A stretch of 63,469 bases of DNA, filler included, from Octopus bimaculoides (Eukaryota), in NCBI RefSeq assembly GCF_001194135.2. It is 5 parts of 5 records of this genome, joined end to end, with 100 filler letters (N's around TTAATTAATTAA, not from the genome) between each part and the next. Parts side by side here need not be neighbours in the genome. Positions count along the whole stretch, not along the records: positions 1 to 23,803 come from NC_068983.1; positions 23,904 to 35,644 come from NC_068981.1; 3 more parts are not named here. One strand, given 5' to 3'. The translations under genes were made by a program, and so were the position numbers. Shown piece by piece: positions 12,519-24,629 of the stretch; within the stretch, counting starts at the first letter, position 1; each line of letters opens with the position of its first letter. Below the pieces are notes generated by a model. It made no database searches, was not told where the DNA came from, and worked only from the letters and a program-made list of their open reading frames with translations.

Positions 12519-15217
12519 NNNNNNNNNNNNNNNNNNNNNNNNNNNNNNNNNNNNNNNNNNNNNNNNNNNNNNNNNNNNNNNNNNNNNNNNNNNNNNNNNN
12601 NNNNNNNNNNNNNNNNNNNNNNNNNNNNNNNNNNNNNNNNNNNNNNNNNNNNNNNNNNNNNNNNNNNNNNNNNNNNNNNNNNNNNNNNNNNNNNNNNNNN
12701 NNNNNNNNNNNNNNNNNNNNNNNNNNNNNNNNNNNNNNNNNNNNNNNNNNNNNNNNNNNNNNNNNNNNNNNNNNNNNNNNNNNNNNNNNNNNNNNNNNNN
12801 NNNNNNNNNNNNNNNNNNNNNNNNNNNNNNNNNNNNNNNNNNNNNNNNNNNNNNNNNNNNNNNNNNNNNNNNNNNNNNNNNNNNNNNNNNNNNNNNNNNN
12901 NNNNNNNNNNNNNNNNNNNNNNNNNNNNNNNNNNNNNNNNNNNNNNNNNNNNNNNNNNNNNNNNNNNNNNNNNNNNNNNNNNNNNNNNNNNNNNNNNNNN
13001 NNNNNNNNNNNNNNNNNNNNNNNNNNNNNNNNNNNNNNNNNNNNNNNNNNNNNNNNNNNNNNNNNNNNNNNNNNNNNNNNNNNNNNNNNNNNNNNNNNNN
13101 NNNNNNNNNNNNNNNNNNNNNNNNNNNNNNNNNNNNNNNNNNNNNNNNNNNNNNNNNNNNNNNNNNNNNNNNNNNNNNNNNNNNNNNNNNNNNNNNNNNN
13201 NNNNNNNNNNNNNNNNNNNNNNNNNNNNNNNNNNNNNNNNNNNNNNNNNNNNNNNNNNNNNNNNNNNNNNNNNNNNNNNNNNNNNNNNNNNNNNNNNNNN
13301 NNNNNNNNNNNNNNNNNNNNNNNNNNNNNNNNNNNNNNNNNNNNNNNNNNNNNNNCCTCATAGCATGAGGCATTATTGTATAGTAATGCCCTTATATAAA
13401 TATAAATATATATTTCGGGAATAAATGATGGATTTTTTCCCTTATGAGGTTTTTTCACGCTAGCTACTTGATAAATTCTTGTAAAAGAATTCGTCCTATT
13501 ATTGAATTTATATATATAAACAGAGATGAAAATTAACAAGTCGTTTTATTCTCACCAGTCAGGAATTATTATTGAGTTTGTGAATTCAGTAAAAAGGTTA
13601 GAAAAACTTCCATCATTGATAGAAAGGCTTTGCAGCTGAGAAGATGCATGGAATATTTTTTGTTTCTTTTTGACCATATTTTCTGCAAGTCATTAGAATC
13701 CACCACTACCGCCCCAGATATATAAAAGACGAGCTAAAAAATTACTTGGATGTCAACAATATACCAGTAGAGAACATAACATCTTGTTCTACAGATGGTG
13801 CTCCTGCTATGATGGGCAAGAAAAAAGGCTGCTTAAAATTGATGGAAGATGAGAACCCAGAAATGTTTCTTGTGCATTGTGTTATTCATAGAGAGAACTT
13901 AGTATCCAAAAATATGTCTCCTGTTCTCAATGAGGTACTAAAATCAGTTATAAAATGTATCAATGCCATCAAAGCTAATGTCAAATGCGAGAGTCTTTTC
14001 AAGCAGTTTTGTGAAAATGCAGACTATGTGAGACTTTTATCTCACACTGAGGTAAGGTGGCTCTCAAAGGGGAATTGCTTGAAAAGATTTATGGAACTAT
14101 TTGATGTTCTTAGTGACTTTTTAAGTGACAAGCCTGAAATGAAGCACCTAACCGTTGATGGTAAAACATTTGTGAGTTATTTAACAGATGTCTGAAAAAT
14201 TGAATATATTAAATAAATAACTTCAAGGATCAAATAAAACTCTTATTGATACAAAGACGAAGACATTTGGCTTTGTTACATTTATTGAGGTATGTCAAAA
14301 AACTATTTCTGACAAAATTTTTGACCAGTTTTATTGGCTAAACAAATGTGAGGGGATCGATGCCGGTATACTTGTCATTGTGGATCATCTGAAAATATTG
14401 ACCTCTGATTTGAAAGAAAGATTTTTTGATTGATTTTAAACAAATTTATTTTCCATCATGGGTGATGCAGCCAATGCTAGTGGATATAGCTGATGTTTCG
14501 ATACAGTACCAAGAGGAACTCTCGGAAATGTAAAATGATGAGTCAGTTAAAACTTTATTCAATATAAAAGGAATGATGTCATGGCTTTGGGATGAGACAG
14601 AAACCAAATACCCTAATTCAACTAACTTTGCAAGAAAATTGTTGTTACCGTTCCCATCTTCATATTTAGCTGAATATGGCTTTAGTACTGTAAATGATTT
14701 GTAATTGATGAAAAGAAATCGACTGGATATCACTAAACGAGGAGACTTGAGACTAAAGCTGACTAAAATAGTGCCTAATATAAAATCTCTCTGTAGCAGG
14801 TATGAATCATAAGGATCTCACTAACTTTAGTTTACTTATTTTATATTCAAATATTTTATATTTATGCATTTCAGTTCTCTATTATATGTTGTGTCTTGCT
14901 CGACACTGCTTTGTGTGGTATTATGATGACGTGCTTCGTCGTCGGCCCGACTGCCCCAACAACTTGCCTCGCCAACTCGTTATCTCTGTCAACTATTTAT
15001 TTGTGGTGGAACAACTCCTTCCGTTTTTTATTTTTCTCTTTCATGAATGCCATGTTCTTTGGAAGCTTGTTTAGAGACCAAGTTAATAGCCTTTTAAGCT
15101 TCCTCCAAGTGAATAGTAGTAAAATTTTGAAAAACAAAAATTAAATATCACAAGGGGGCATCAGGATTTTAGAAATGATTCGGTGGGGCATAGCCAAAAA
15201 TCGGTTCGGAACCACTG
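11689..15217 (+). mobile_element. hAT (Charlie/Buster, ZBED5-like) transposon inserted in the Penelope RT
   Basis: 8-bp TSD ATCTAGGT at 11681-11688 and 15218-15225. The ends read gcttgattcccaac...atgccccaccg and (reverse complement) cagtggttccgaac...atgccccaccg. Decayed transposase at about 13630-14823 (STDGAPAM, HCVIHRENL, HTEVRWLSKG). Contains microsatellites and an N gap. Confidence 0.85.
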
Positions 15218-15745
15218 ATCTAGGTTAAATTTCTTCAGAAATTTGATCAACCGTTTTCTAATCCTATCAAGCGCTTGAAAAAATGTGGCAGTTATAGCAA
15301 ATAATGCATCATCCCTATATAACTCTCCTTTGATATTACGGAACTCTTCATTAATCTTCGAGAGTAAAAACGGGCCAACAATGTCTGTAATTTGGGCAGA
15401 ATCTGAGGATCCCATTGTAATATCAAAGTCATCTTGGAGGTTACTACGCATCCACCTTCTATCTCTGAAAGATATTAGGGTTTTCCTAGCGGCTGAAATT
15501 ATATCTTTCTCTAAAGGTGTGATTTCCTTAAATTTTTGAGCAGAGGCAATTGCTTTATCCAGCACATCCGGCGAAATGAATTGGTAATAATTACTAATGT
15601 CGAATTCCAACAAGTATGTTTTTCTTTTATTATCCAATGCACAGAACCATGTTATAACTTTTCCCGTACTAATCCAAAGTGGCAAATCTTCATTCATTTT
15701 ACACAATCGGACGTTAGTCAGTGACAGCTTTGATCTGTTAGGTAG
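15218..15745 (-). mobile_element. Penelope-like element, RT core (5' part of the element at 10786-11688)
   Basis: ORF 15161-15778 has FDISNYY, FDITMGSSDSAQITDIVG and LYRDDAL. The reading frame joins 11688 across the hAT TSD. Confidence 0.85.
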
Positions 15746-16069
15746 CAGACAGCAGAGAAACCCATCTCTTAAGAACACATGCCAGTTATCTCTCTTTCCC
15801 CCTCCCTTCCCCTTCTCTCTCTCTGTCTATCTCTTTCACAATCTTTCTCTCTATCTATCTCTTTCACACTCTCTCGCTTTCTCTCTGTGTGTCTATCTCT
15901 TTCACACTCTCTCTCTATCTATCTCTTTCCCTGCTGATTATCAACCAGTAGTCAGCTGATTGCCAACCAGTAGTCAGCTGGTCAACATGTCTTTATTTAC
16001 ATCAATTCGGCAATTTCCATAAAGAAAGAGGGAAAGGGCGTTAGTCAGCAGGTAGCAGACAGCAATCAC

Positions 16070-16110
<41 letters not shown>

Positions 16111-16716
16111 NNNNNNNNNNNNNNNNNNNNNNNNNNNNNNNNNNNNNNNNNNNNNNNNNNNNNNNNNNNNNNNNNNNNNNNNNNNNNNNNNNNNNNNNNN
16201 NNNNNNNNNNNNNNNNNNNNNNNNNNNNNNNNNNNNNNNNNNNNNNNNNNNNNNNNNNNNNNNNNNNNNNNNNNNNNNNNNNNNNNNNNNNNNNNNNNNN
16301 NNNNNNNNNNNNNNNNNNNNNNNNNNNNNNNNNNNNNNNNNNNNNNNNNNNNNNNNNNNNNNNNNNNNNNNNNNNNNNNNNNNNNNNNNNNNNNNNNNNN
16401 NNNNNNNNNNNNNNNNNNNNNNNNNNNNNNNNNNNNNNNNNNNNNNNNNNNNNNNNNNNNNNNNNNNNNNNNNNNNNNNNNNNNNNNNNNNNNNNNNNNN
16501 NNNNNNNNNNNNNNNNNNNNNNNNNNNNNNNNNNNNNNNNNNNNNNNNNNNNNNNNNNNNNNNNNNNNNNNNNNNNNNNNNNNNNNNNNNNNNNNNNNNN
16601 NNNNNNNNNNNNNNNNNNNNNNNNNNNNNNNNNNNNNNNNNNNNNNNNNNNNNNNNNNNNNNNNNNNNNNNNNNNNNNNNNNNNNNNNNNNNNNNNNNNN
16701 NNNNNNNNNNNNNNNN

Positions 16717-16754
<38 letters not shown>

Positions 16755-16781
16755 GTATCTATGTATACGTATGTGTATGTG

Positions 16782-16815
<34 letters not shown>

Positions 16816-17299
16816 TATATATATATATACATACATGTATATATATGTGTGTGTATATATATATATATTTATATATGTGCGCGTGTGTGTATGTATGTAT
16901 GAATATTTCACCATATAAACATAGCAAAACCTTTACAACAAACAATATGAACAGTTACAAAAACATTGCGCATAAAAAACGAACCAGACACTAACAAGAA
17001 AATATGTAATCCAGCCTAGACATTTTAAATCCTTTCTCCATCTCCTTTTTCTCTTTCTCTATCTCTCTCTCCTCTTTCTCTTTTTCTCTCTCTTCTTTCT
17101 CTTTTTCTCTCTCTCCCCTCTTTCTCTTTCTCTCTCTCGCTCGTTGTTCACAGGTGACCATCGTCCATCTTTTTTCCTCACGTGACCATCTTTCTTTTCC
17201 TGCACGAGCATTCAAAAGAGCGGTCGTATTTTTCTCTCCCCCCCTCTCTCTCTCTCTCTTCTATCTTTTCTCTTTTCATACCTACCCAGGACCCTGAGA

Positions 17300-18600
17300 A
17301 CAACAGTCAAGTAAAAGAATGATTGCATATGCAATAGAAGCTAGCATAAGAATCAACTTGAAGAACCACATAGTAAAGTCTAACAAGAAACCATACGTGC
17401 AGGTTCAAGGTACAGCCATTGGTGTCGGTATGGCTGGAGATAAAGCCGGCCTCTTCATGACTTGGTGGGACAGAAAACTTAAACAATCCTTAGCGGAACA
17501 ATCCACAACTGTTTGCTTTACTGCAGGTAAGCAGATGACATTAATATTCTAGTTAGGAAAAACTCTAATAACTGTAATGTAGAAACAGAGAAGAGCATAA
17601 TGGAAAGCATCCAGCACGTGGCTAACCCCTTCCACCAAAGTATCAAGGTAGCTATAGATTACCCCACTAGGCACCCTAACAACAGATTCCCTGTCCTTGA
17701 TACAGAACTTTGGTTAGAGACTGAGCAATAGAGTGCAGCTCCTCCACTCCTATTACATGAAACCCATAGATATGTTGTTCACAAGAACTCAGCTTTGTCA
17801 TACAACATGAAAGTCAATATACTGATAGCAGACTCAGGATAATGAACAACGTGTTCATTTGAAACAACGAAACATGTACAGAACTTCATACACCGCATGC
17901 AAGTCTCTGAAAGGTAGGATTTGGGTATACAAGAGAACTAGAAAGAAGTTAGATAGTATTATATGTTGTGAAACCAGTGGTACCTCTAGCCCTAAATATA
18001 GAAGTAAAAACTGGAATACAATACAAAGAGCTTTGACAAAGCAAACAAGGTGAACACGTGGTACAAGACCGAGAAATATCAAGGAGTGACGTACGTTAAG
18101 GCCACAGTTCATGGAGAACTAGCCCGAAAACTTAGGAACGCTCTGAAAGAGGTCAAACTCATCATTAAGATCGTTGAAAAGCCAGAGAGCTCCATCAGAT
18201 CACATCTATATAGAACATACTCCTTTGAGAATACCACATGCACCAATGATAACTGCATGGTATCTAAGAATAACCCTGGCATTAACTGTAGAACTAGAAA
18301 TGTAGTCTACAGCACAAGGTGCATAGATGGTGCTTGTAAAGACAAGAATATGATATACATAGGTGAAACATCCTGAAACATTGCTGGGAGACTAAATGGA
18401 CATTTGAGACAATATGACGACAAAAAACAGTCCTCCATGCTCTACCAACATTCCTAAAACCAACATGGAGGCACACTGGGTTTACTTGACATCCACATTT
18501 TATCCAAGCACCCGAAGGACCCAACACTCAAAGCAAATACAGGAGTACGTTCTCATAAATGAAACAACCCCAGTACTAAATAGAAAATATACGTAGAAGA
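17300..18600 (+). mobile_element. Second Penelope-like element (RT plus GIY-YIG endonuclease), degenerate
   Basis: Encodes YVQVQGTAIGVGMAG, FPVLDTELW, CTNDNCMV...NCRTRNVVY..RC and MIYIGETS (GIY-YIG). Broken by stops and frameshifts; ends near LNRKYT* at about 18596. Confidence 0.82.
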
Positions 18601-18645
18601 TAGTCATACCCCAATGCCCACAGTTAGTAGGCTGTTATGCAGATG

Positions 18646-18684
<39 letters not shown>

Positions 18685-19582
18685 NNNNNNNNNNNNNNNN
18701 NNNNNNNNNNNNNNNNNNNNNNNNNNNNNNNNNNNNNNNNNNNNNNNNNNNNNNNNNNNNNNNNNNNNNNNNNNNNNNNNNNNNNNNNNNNNNNNNNNNN
18801 NNNNNNNNNNNNNNNNNNNNNNNNNNNNNNNNNNNNNNNNNNNNNNNNNNNNNNNNNNNNNNNNNNNNNNNNNNNNNNNNNNNNNNNNNNNNNNNNNNNN
18901 NNNNNNNNNNNNNNNNNNNNNNNNNNNNNNNNNNNNNNNNNNNNNNNNNNNNNNNNNNNNNNNNNNNNNNNNNNNNNNNNNNNNNNNNNNNNNNNNNNNN
19001 NNNNNNNNNNNNNNNNNNNNNNNNNNNNNNNNNNNNNNNNNNNNNNNNNNNNNNNNNNNNNNNNNNNNNNNNNNNNNNNNNNNNNNNNNNNNNNNNNNNN
19101 NNNNNNNNNNNNNNNNNNNNNNNNNNNNNNNNNNNNNNNNNNNNNNNNNNNNNNNNNNNNNNNNNNNNNNNNNNNNNNNNNNNNNNNNNNNNNNNNNNNN
19201 NNNNNNNNNNNNNNNNNNNNNNNNNNNNNNNNNNNNNNNNNNNNNNNNNNNNNNNNNNNNNNNNNNNNNNNNNNNNNNNNNNNNNNNNNNNNNNNNNNNN
19301 NNNNNNNNNNNNNNNNNNNNNNNNNNNNNNNNNNNNNNNNNNNNNNNNNNNNNNNNNNNNNNNNNNNNNNNNNNNNNNNNNNNNNNNNNNNNNNNNNNNN
19401 NNNNNNNNNNNNNNNNNNNNNNNNNNNNNNNNNNNNNNNNNNNNNNNNNNNNNNNNNNNNNNNNNNNNNNNNNNNNNNNNNNNNNNNNNNNNNNNNNNNN
19501 NNNNNNNNNNNNNNNNNNNNNNNNNNNNATTTTTACAGATATATATATATATTAGAAATATTACATTTCTAAATCTCTCAGA

Positions 19583-19953
19583 GAGACTTAAGCAGTAGTG
19601 GTGCGATAAAGTAGTATACTGCCAGCTTAACGTGACAGTCCCAATAAGGGAATATACTACTGCTGTTTAGCCCTAGGAAGCTGGACCGCTTCCTGTTGAT
19701 CTTGACACATTTCCTGTGTCCTTATCTTTGCAAGGGGGAGACAAACTCCTCCACCCAGCCTAGCCTGCATTCAGGGACATGTTTCTGAGTCTTTGCTCGT
19801 CANNNNNNNNNNAGCCTAGCCTGCATTCAGGGACATGTTTCTGAGTCTTTGCTCGTCATCAGCCTGAAGTAGCACGACTAGCTGTTTGAAAAAGTTTGTT
19901 TACCTCTCGCAAAGATATAATATTTCAGTGAAATACATTCACTGGTTACAAAA
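19583..19953 (-). mobile_element. Short non-coding insert carrying a hammerhead ribozyme, flanked by 32-bp direct repeats
   Basis: Identical attagaaatattacatttctaaatctctcaga at 19551-19582 and 19954-19985, with the hammerhead motif inside. Confidence 0.6.
19826..19868 (-). ncRNA. Minimal type-I hammerhead ribozyme (Penelope-like pLTR type)
   Basis: The minus strand reads TTCAGG-CTGATGA-cGAG caaaga CTCa-GAAA-CATG-TC|CCTGAA. Stem I is a perfect 6 bp, the core is intact, stem II is 3 bp with a C-A mismatch at its base, stem III is the palindrome ACATGT, and the cleavage triplet is GUC. Confidence 0.75.
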
Positions 19954-20084
19954 ATTAGAAATATTACATTTCTAAATCTCTCAGACATGAATATGCAGAA
20001 TACATACATACATAGAAACGTACAGATATGCATATATATATATGCGAATACATACTTGCATACACACATACATGCATACATACA

Positions 20085-20116
<32 letters not shown>

Positions 20117-21370
20117 CGTATACACATGCACACACATGCGCACAAACAAACAAGCAAATAAAACGCAGCTCTGGTATTGGTCACAGTCAACGACTATTGA
20201 AAAGGTTGCAAGACGCAACGGAAATGTTAGAAAAAATAAGTAAATGAGAGGAAATTGAAGCGGTGAGTGTGTTAAATGATAAGGCACTTAAAGAGAATGA
20301 CTCTCCCCAGACACAATAATATATATNNNNNNNNNNNNNNNNNNNNNNNNNNNNNNNNNNNNNNNNNNNNNNNNNNNNNNNNNNNNNNNNNNNNNNNNNN
20401 NNNNNNNNNNNNNNNNNNNNNNNNNNNNNNNNNNNNNNNNNNNNNNNNNNNNNNNNNNNNNNNNNNNNNNNNNNNNNNNNNNNNNNNNNNNNNNNNNNNN
20501 NNNNNNNNNNNNNNNNNNNNNNNNNNNNNNNNNNNNNNNNNNNNNNNNNNNNNNNNNNNNNNNNNNNNNNNNNNNNNNNNNNNNNNNNNNNNNNNNNNNN
20601 NNNNNNNNNNNNNNNNNNNNNNNNNNNNNNNNNNNNNNNNNNNNNNNNNNNNNNNNNNNNNNNNNNNNNNNNNNNNNNNNNNNNNNNNNNNNNNNNNNNN
20701 NNNNNNNNNNNNNNNNNNNNNNNNNNNNNNNNNNNNNNNNNNNNNNNNNNNNNNNNNNNNNNNNNNNNNNNNNNNNNNNNNNNNNNNNNNNNNNNNNNNN
20801 NNNNNNNNNNNNNNNNNNNNNNNNNNNNNNNNNNNNNNNNNNNNNNNNNNNNNNNNNNNNNNNNNNNNNNNNNNNNNNNNNNNNNNNNNNNNNNNNNNNN
20901 NNNNNNNNNNNNNNNNNNNNNNNNNNNNNNNNNNNNNNNNNNNNNNNNNNNNNNNNNNNNNNNNNNNNNNNNNNNNNNNNNNNNNNNNNNNNNNNNNNNN
21001 NNNNNNNNNNNNNNNNNNNNNCTCTCTCACTCTCTCTCCCTCTTCTCTCATTCCCGCCGATTACATTGCGACTTCACATTTTCAATTTCTTGGCAAAACA
21101 TATTGATGAAATTTTAGAATTTTTTCAGTTCAATGAAATTTGTAAACGTGAGAAAATTGGAGAGAGCCATTGCATATATACACACATACATACATACATA
21201 CATACATACATACATACATACATTCATACATACACACATTCATACACACATTCATACATACACACATACATGCATACTGGTGATATTTCCTGTGAAAACT
21301 TGCACATGCATAAATGAAAGTACGCATTTTCACATACACACAAAGACACAGACACACACACACGCAGACA

Positions 21371-21406
<36 letters not shown>

Positions 21407-21482
21407 TTACATGAATGAGGCATAGATATAGCGTAAATATCTGTTCTTTTGAGAAACTGAAGAAAAGTTTTCAAAATGAAGC

Positions 21483-21530
<48 letters not shown>

Positions 21531-21552
21531 CATACATACATACATACATACA

Positions 21553-21780
21553 TACTCTTTTACTTGTTTCAGTCATTTGACTGTGGCCATGCTGGAGTAC
21601 CGCCTTTAGTCAAGAAAATCGACCCCAGGACTTATTCTTTGTAAGCCTTGTACTTATTCTGTCGGTCGCTTTTGCCGAACCGCTAAGTTACGGGGGACGT
21701 AAACACACCAGCATTGATTGTCAAGTGATGTTGAGAGAGGGGGGGACAAACACAGACACACAAACATATACACACACATA
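21553..21780 (-). mobile_element. SINE family A, 3' half (runs into (TA)n and a gap)
   Basis: Reverse-complement match to 6069-6480. Confidence 0.88.
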
Positions 21781-21781
21781 C

Positions 21782-21836
<55 letters not shown>

Positions 21837-22694
21837 NNNNNNNNNNNNNNNNNNNNNNNNNNNNNNNNNNNNNNNNNNNNNNNNNNNNNNNNNNNNNNNN
21901 NNNNNNNNNNNNNNNNNNNNNNNNNNNNNNNNNNNNNNNNNNNNNNNNNNNNNNNNNNNNNNNNNNNNNNNNNNNNNNNNNNNNNNNNNNNNNNNNNNNN
22001 NNNNNNNNNNNNNNNNNNNNNNNNNNNNNNNNNNNNNNNNNNNNNNNNNNNNNNNNNNNNNNNNNNNNNNNNNNNNNNNNNNNNNNNNNNNNNNNNNNNN
22101 NNNNNNNNNNNNNNNNNNNNNNNNNTATATATACAGACTCCTCCCCCAAAAATGTATACACATACACACTTCAGGAAAGGAAAAAAAATTGTATAAATAT
22201 TCGACTCGTATAGGGACCTCTATAAATATAGATACCTCTTTCGGTGTTTTATCAAATTTCGATAACACTTAGTAAATTACAATAATACTGAATTAAAATA
22301 TTTATACAGATTTTAACAGTATATGTTTTTATATTACGTATTAGTTTTAATGGCGCACTGTATTTTCCTGTTTGATTATTTAATATTTTCATTGTTTTCA
22401 ATATGATATATATAAATTTCTTTGCACGTTCTTCACTGATGATATTCTGGTTTATAATAATAAACTAAATTGATTAAATTAAATTAAATTCGATTGATTT
22501 TATACTATAAACGATGAATTGAAACAATTGTAGGTTTTGTCAATGTACTGATAAAATCTTATTATTCTTATCTGAATCTTCTCTTTTGGCTTTTATAATA
22601 ATAATATGTATGTGTGCCTATAAGGTACTCAACCAGTCTAATCTTTGGTATTTCTATCCCTCTGAGGTTTATATATCCTCACTTGTACTTTAAT

Positions 22695-22728
<34 letters not shown>

Positions 22729-22771
22729 CTTTCTATCTATCTATCTATTTATTTATCTATATATGCATGCA

Positions 22772-23803
22772 CAGTATTATAAAGAAGTATGTACACCCCT
22801 AAAAAATTTCAGTCTGATAATATCGGAGAAAATCAAACGAAATTTATACTGAATAAAGTATATTATACATGCAAACATTATACATTTTTGGAACACAAAC
22901 AATAAACATTTTCAAAGATATGAACGAAATATTAATTTTCAAACGTTACCAAAATATGTACAACCTAGAGGATTATTTGCTATATTCAATATTTGGTGTG
23001 ACTGCCCTTGCTTTCAATGACTGCATAAAGTCTTCTGAGCATAGAGTTGACTAAATTTCTGCATATATGTGAACTTGACTCCGTTCATTCCGAATGATGT
23101 CTTTCAACTGTATTACATTGCGGGATTTATTCTGCTCAACCTTCCTTTTCAACCCTCCCCACAGATATTCCCTTGGGTTTTAATCAGGTGACATGGTAGG
23201 CCAAGGCAACAACTTTTTATCTGATAAAAATTTAGTCGTCATCTTTGAAGTGTGTTTAGTGTCATTATCATGCTGGAACATGGAATGACTTTCTAGTTCC
23301 TTGATGCTTTTCAACATTGTTTTCTGCAATACGTCACAATAAAACCTTGAATCCATTGTTCTCTCAATAGACGTGAGTCCTCTCACACCAGCCGCACTCA
23401 TGCACCCCCAATGCATAACACTGTTTCGCTATTATCTTCACCTGGTCGTCGCCATACTCATTTAATGCCATCTGATCCAAGCAAGTTGATTTTAGTCTCG
23501 TCAGAGTAAAAATAATTTTATTCCAAAACTCCTTCCCCTTACTCACATAGGTTTCGGCAAAAGAAAGACGACTCGATTTATGCCTGGTAGTGAGGAGACG
23601 CTTCCTATGAAGGAATGCGATCATGAAGACCACACCGGTTCAAACTTCAGCGAACTGTTTGGGCAGATACACTCTTTCCACTAACAGAAGACACTCCTTG
23701 AGCCAAAGGTAAAGCGGTACGACGCCGGTCGGCTATCACACAACGTTGGATGTGGCGAATATCACGCGCAGTTAAAATGGAAGGACGACCTGGACGATGT
23801 TTA
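22772..23803 (-). mobile_element. Second Tc1 transposon, degenerate and truncated at the segment end
   Basis: Encodes WGCMSAAGV, FQHDNDTKHTS and WPTMSPDLNP. A TIR-like cagtattataaagaagtatgtacacccc starts at 22772. Confidence 0.85.
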
Positions 23804-23903
23804 NNNNNNNNNNNNNNNNNNNNNNNNNNNNNNNNNNNNNNNNNNNNTTAATTAATTAANNNNNNNNNNNNNNNNNNNNNNNNNNNNNNNNNNNNNNNNN
23901 NNN
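23804..23903. other. Artificial scaffold-join spacer (44N-TTAATTAATTAA-44N)
   Basis: The same 100-bp structure occurs four times; TTAATTAATTAA gives stops in all six frames. Confidence 0.95.
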
Positions 23904-24485
23904 ATGAGGTGGTGAGGCATGACCTTAGAACATTGGGCCTCATCGAGGCGATGACTTCTGACCAAGACCTCTGGAAATATGCTGTGCGTGAGAAGACCCG
24001 GCAAGCCAAGTGAGACCTAAATCTAAGGCCTCAGCCAGCCCACTTATACGTACCTTCCTTCATTGGACACTAAACTCCACTTGCAAAAACTTGTTGAGGC
24101 AAGTGAAATCGAAATCGAATTAAATTTGACGACTGGCACCCATGCCAACATCGTATCCTTCATTGGACACGAAACTCGGCTTGCGAAGACCTGTTGGAGC
24201 AAGCGAAAGCGAAATCGTCATGGCACCTGTGCCCAGTATCGCCTTCCTGGCACTTGTGCCAGATGGCATGTGTAAAGACATTCGAGCGAGATCGTTGCCA
24301 GTGCCACCGAACTGGCTCCTGTGCAGGTGGCACGTAAATACACCATTTTGAGCGTGGCCGTTGCCAGTACCACCTGACTGGCCTTCGAGCACCCTCTACA
24401 CTCTCGGAGTGGTTGGCATTAGGAAGGGCATCCAGCTGTAGAAACTCTGCTAAATTAGATTGGAGCCTGGTGTAGCCATCTGGTT
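23904..24485 (+). mobile_element. RTE-clade LINE 3' end (ORF C-terminus plus 3' UTR)
   Basis: Encodes EVVRHDLRTLGLIEAMTSDQDLWKYAVREKTRQAK*, then an RTE-type tail ggcattaggaagggcatccagctgtagaaa. Confidence 0.7.
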
Positions 24486-24570
24486 ATGTATATATATATA
24501 TGTAATTTAATTTATTTATGTAATGCTTGTAACTAATACATGCTTTTTATTTTTGTCTATTTGAATATAG

Positions 24571-24629
24571 ATCATTGGTTTATTGGATGCATTTACACCT
24601 GATAAAGCTTTAGCTAATTTCAAAGATGT
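24571..24629 (+). CDS. MAPK14: p38 MAP kinase, internal exon (equivalent of human MAPK14 exon 3, 59 bp)
   Basis: tag|ATC...GT|gtaagt encodes IIGLLDAFTPDKALANFKDV (human [20 protein letters not shown]). Length and phase match the human exon as I recall it. The symbol means p38/MAPK14-like. Confidence 0.9.
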
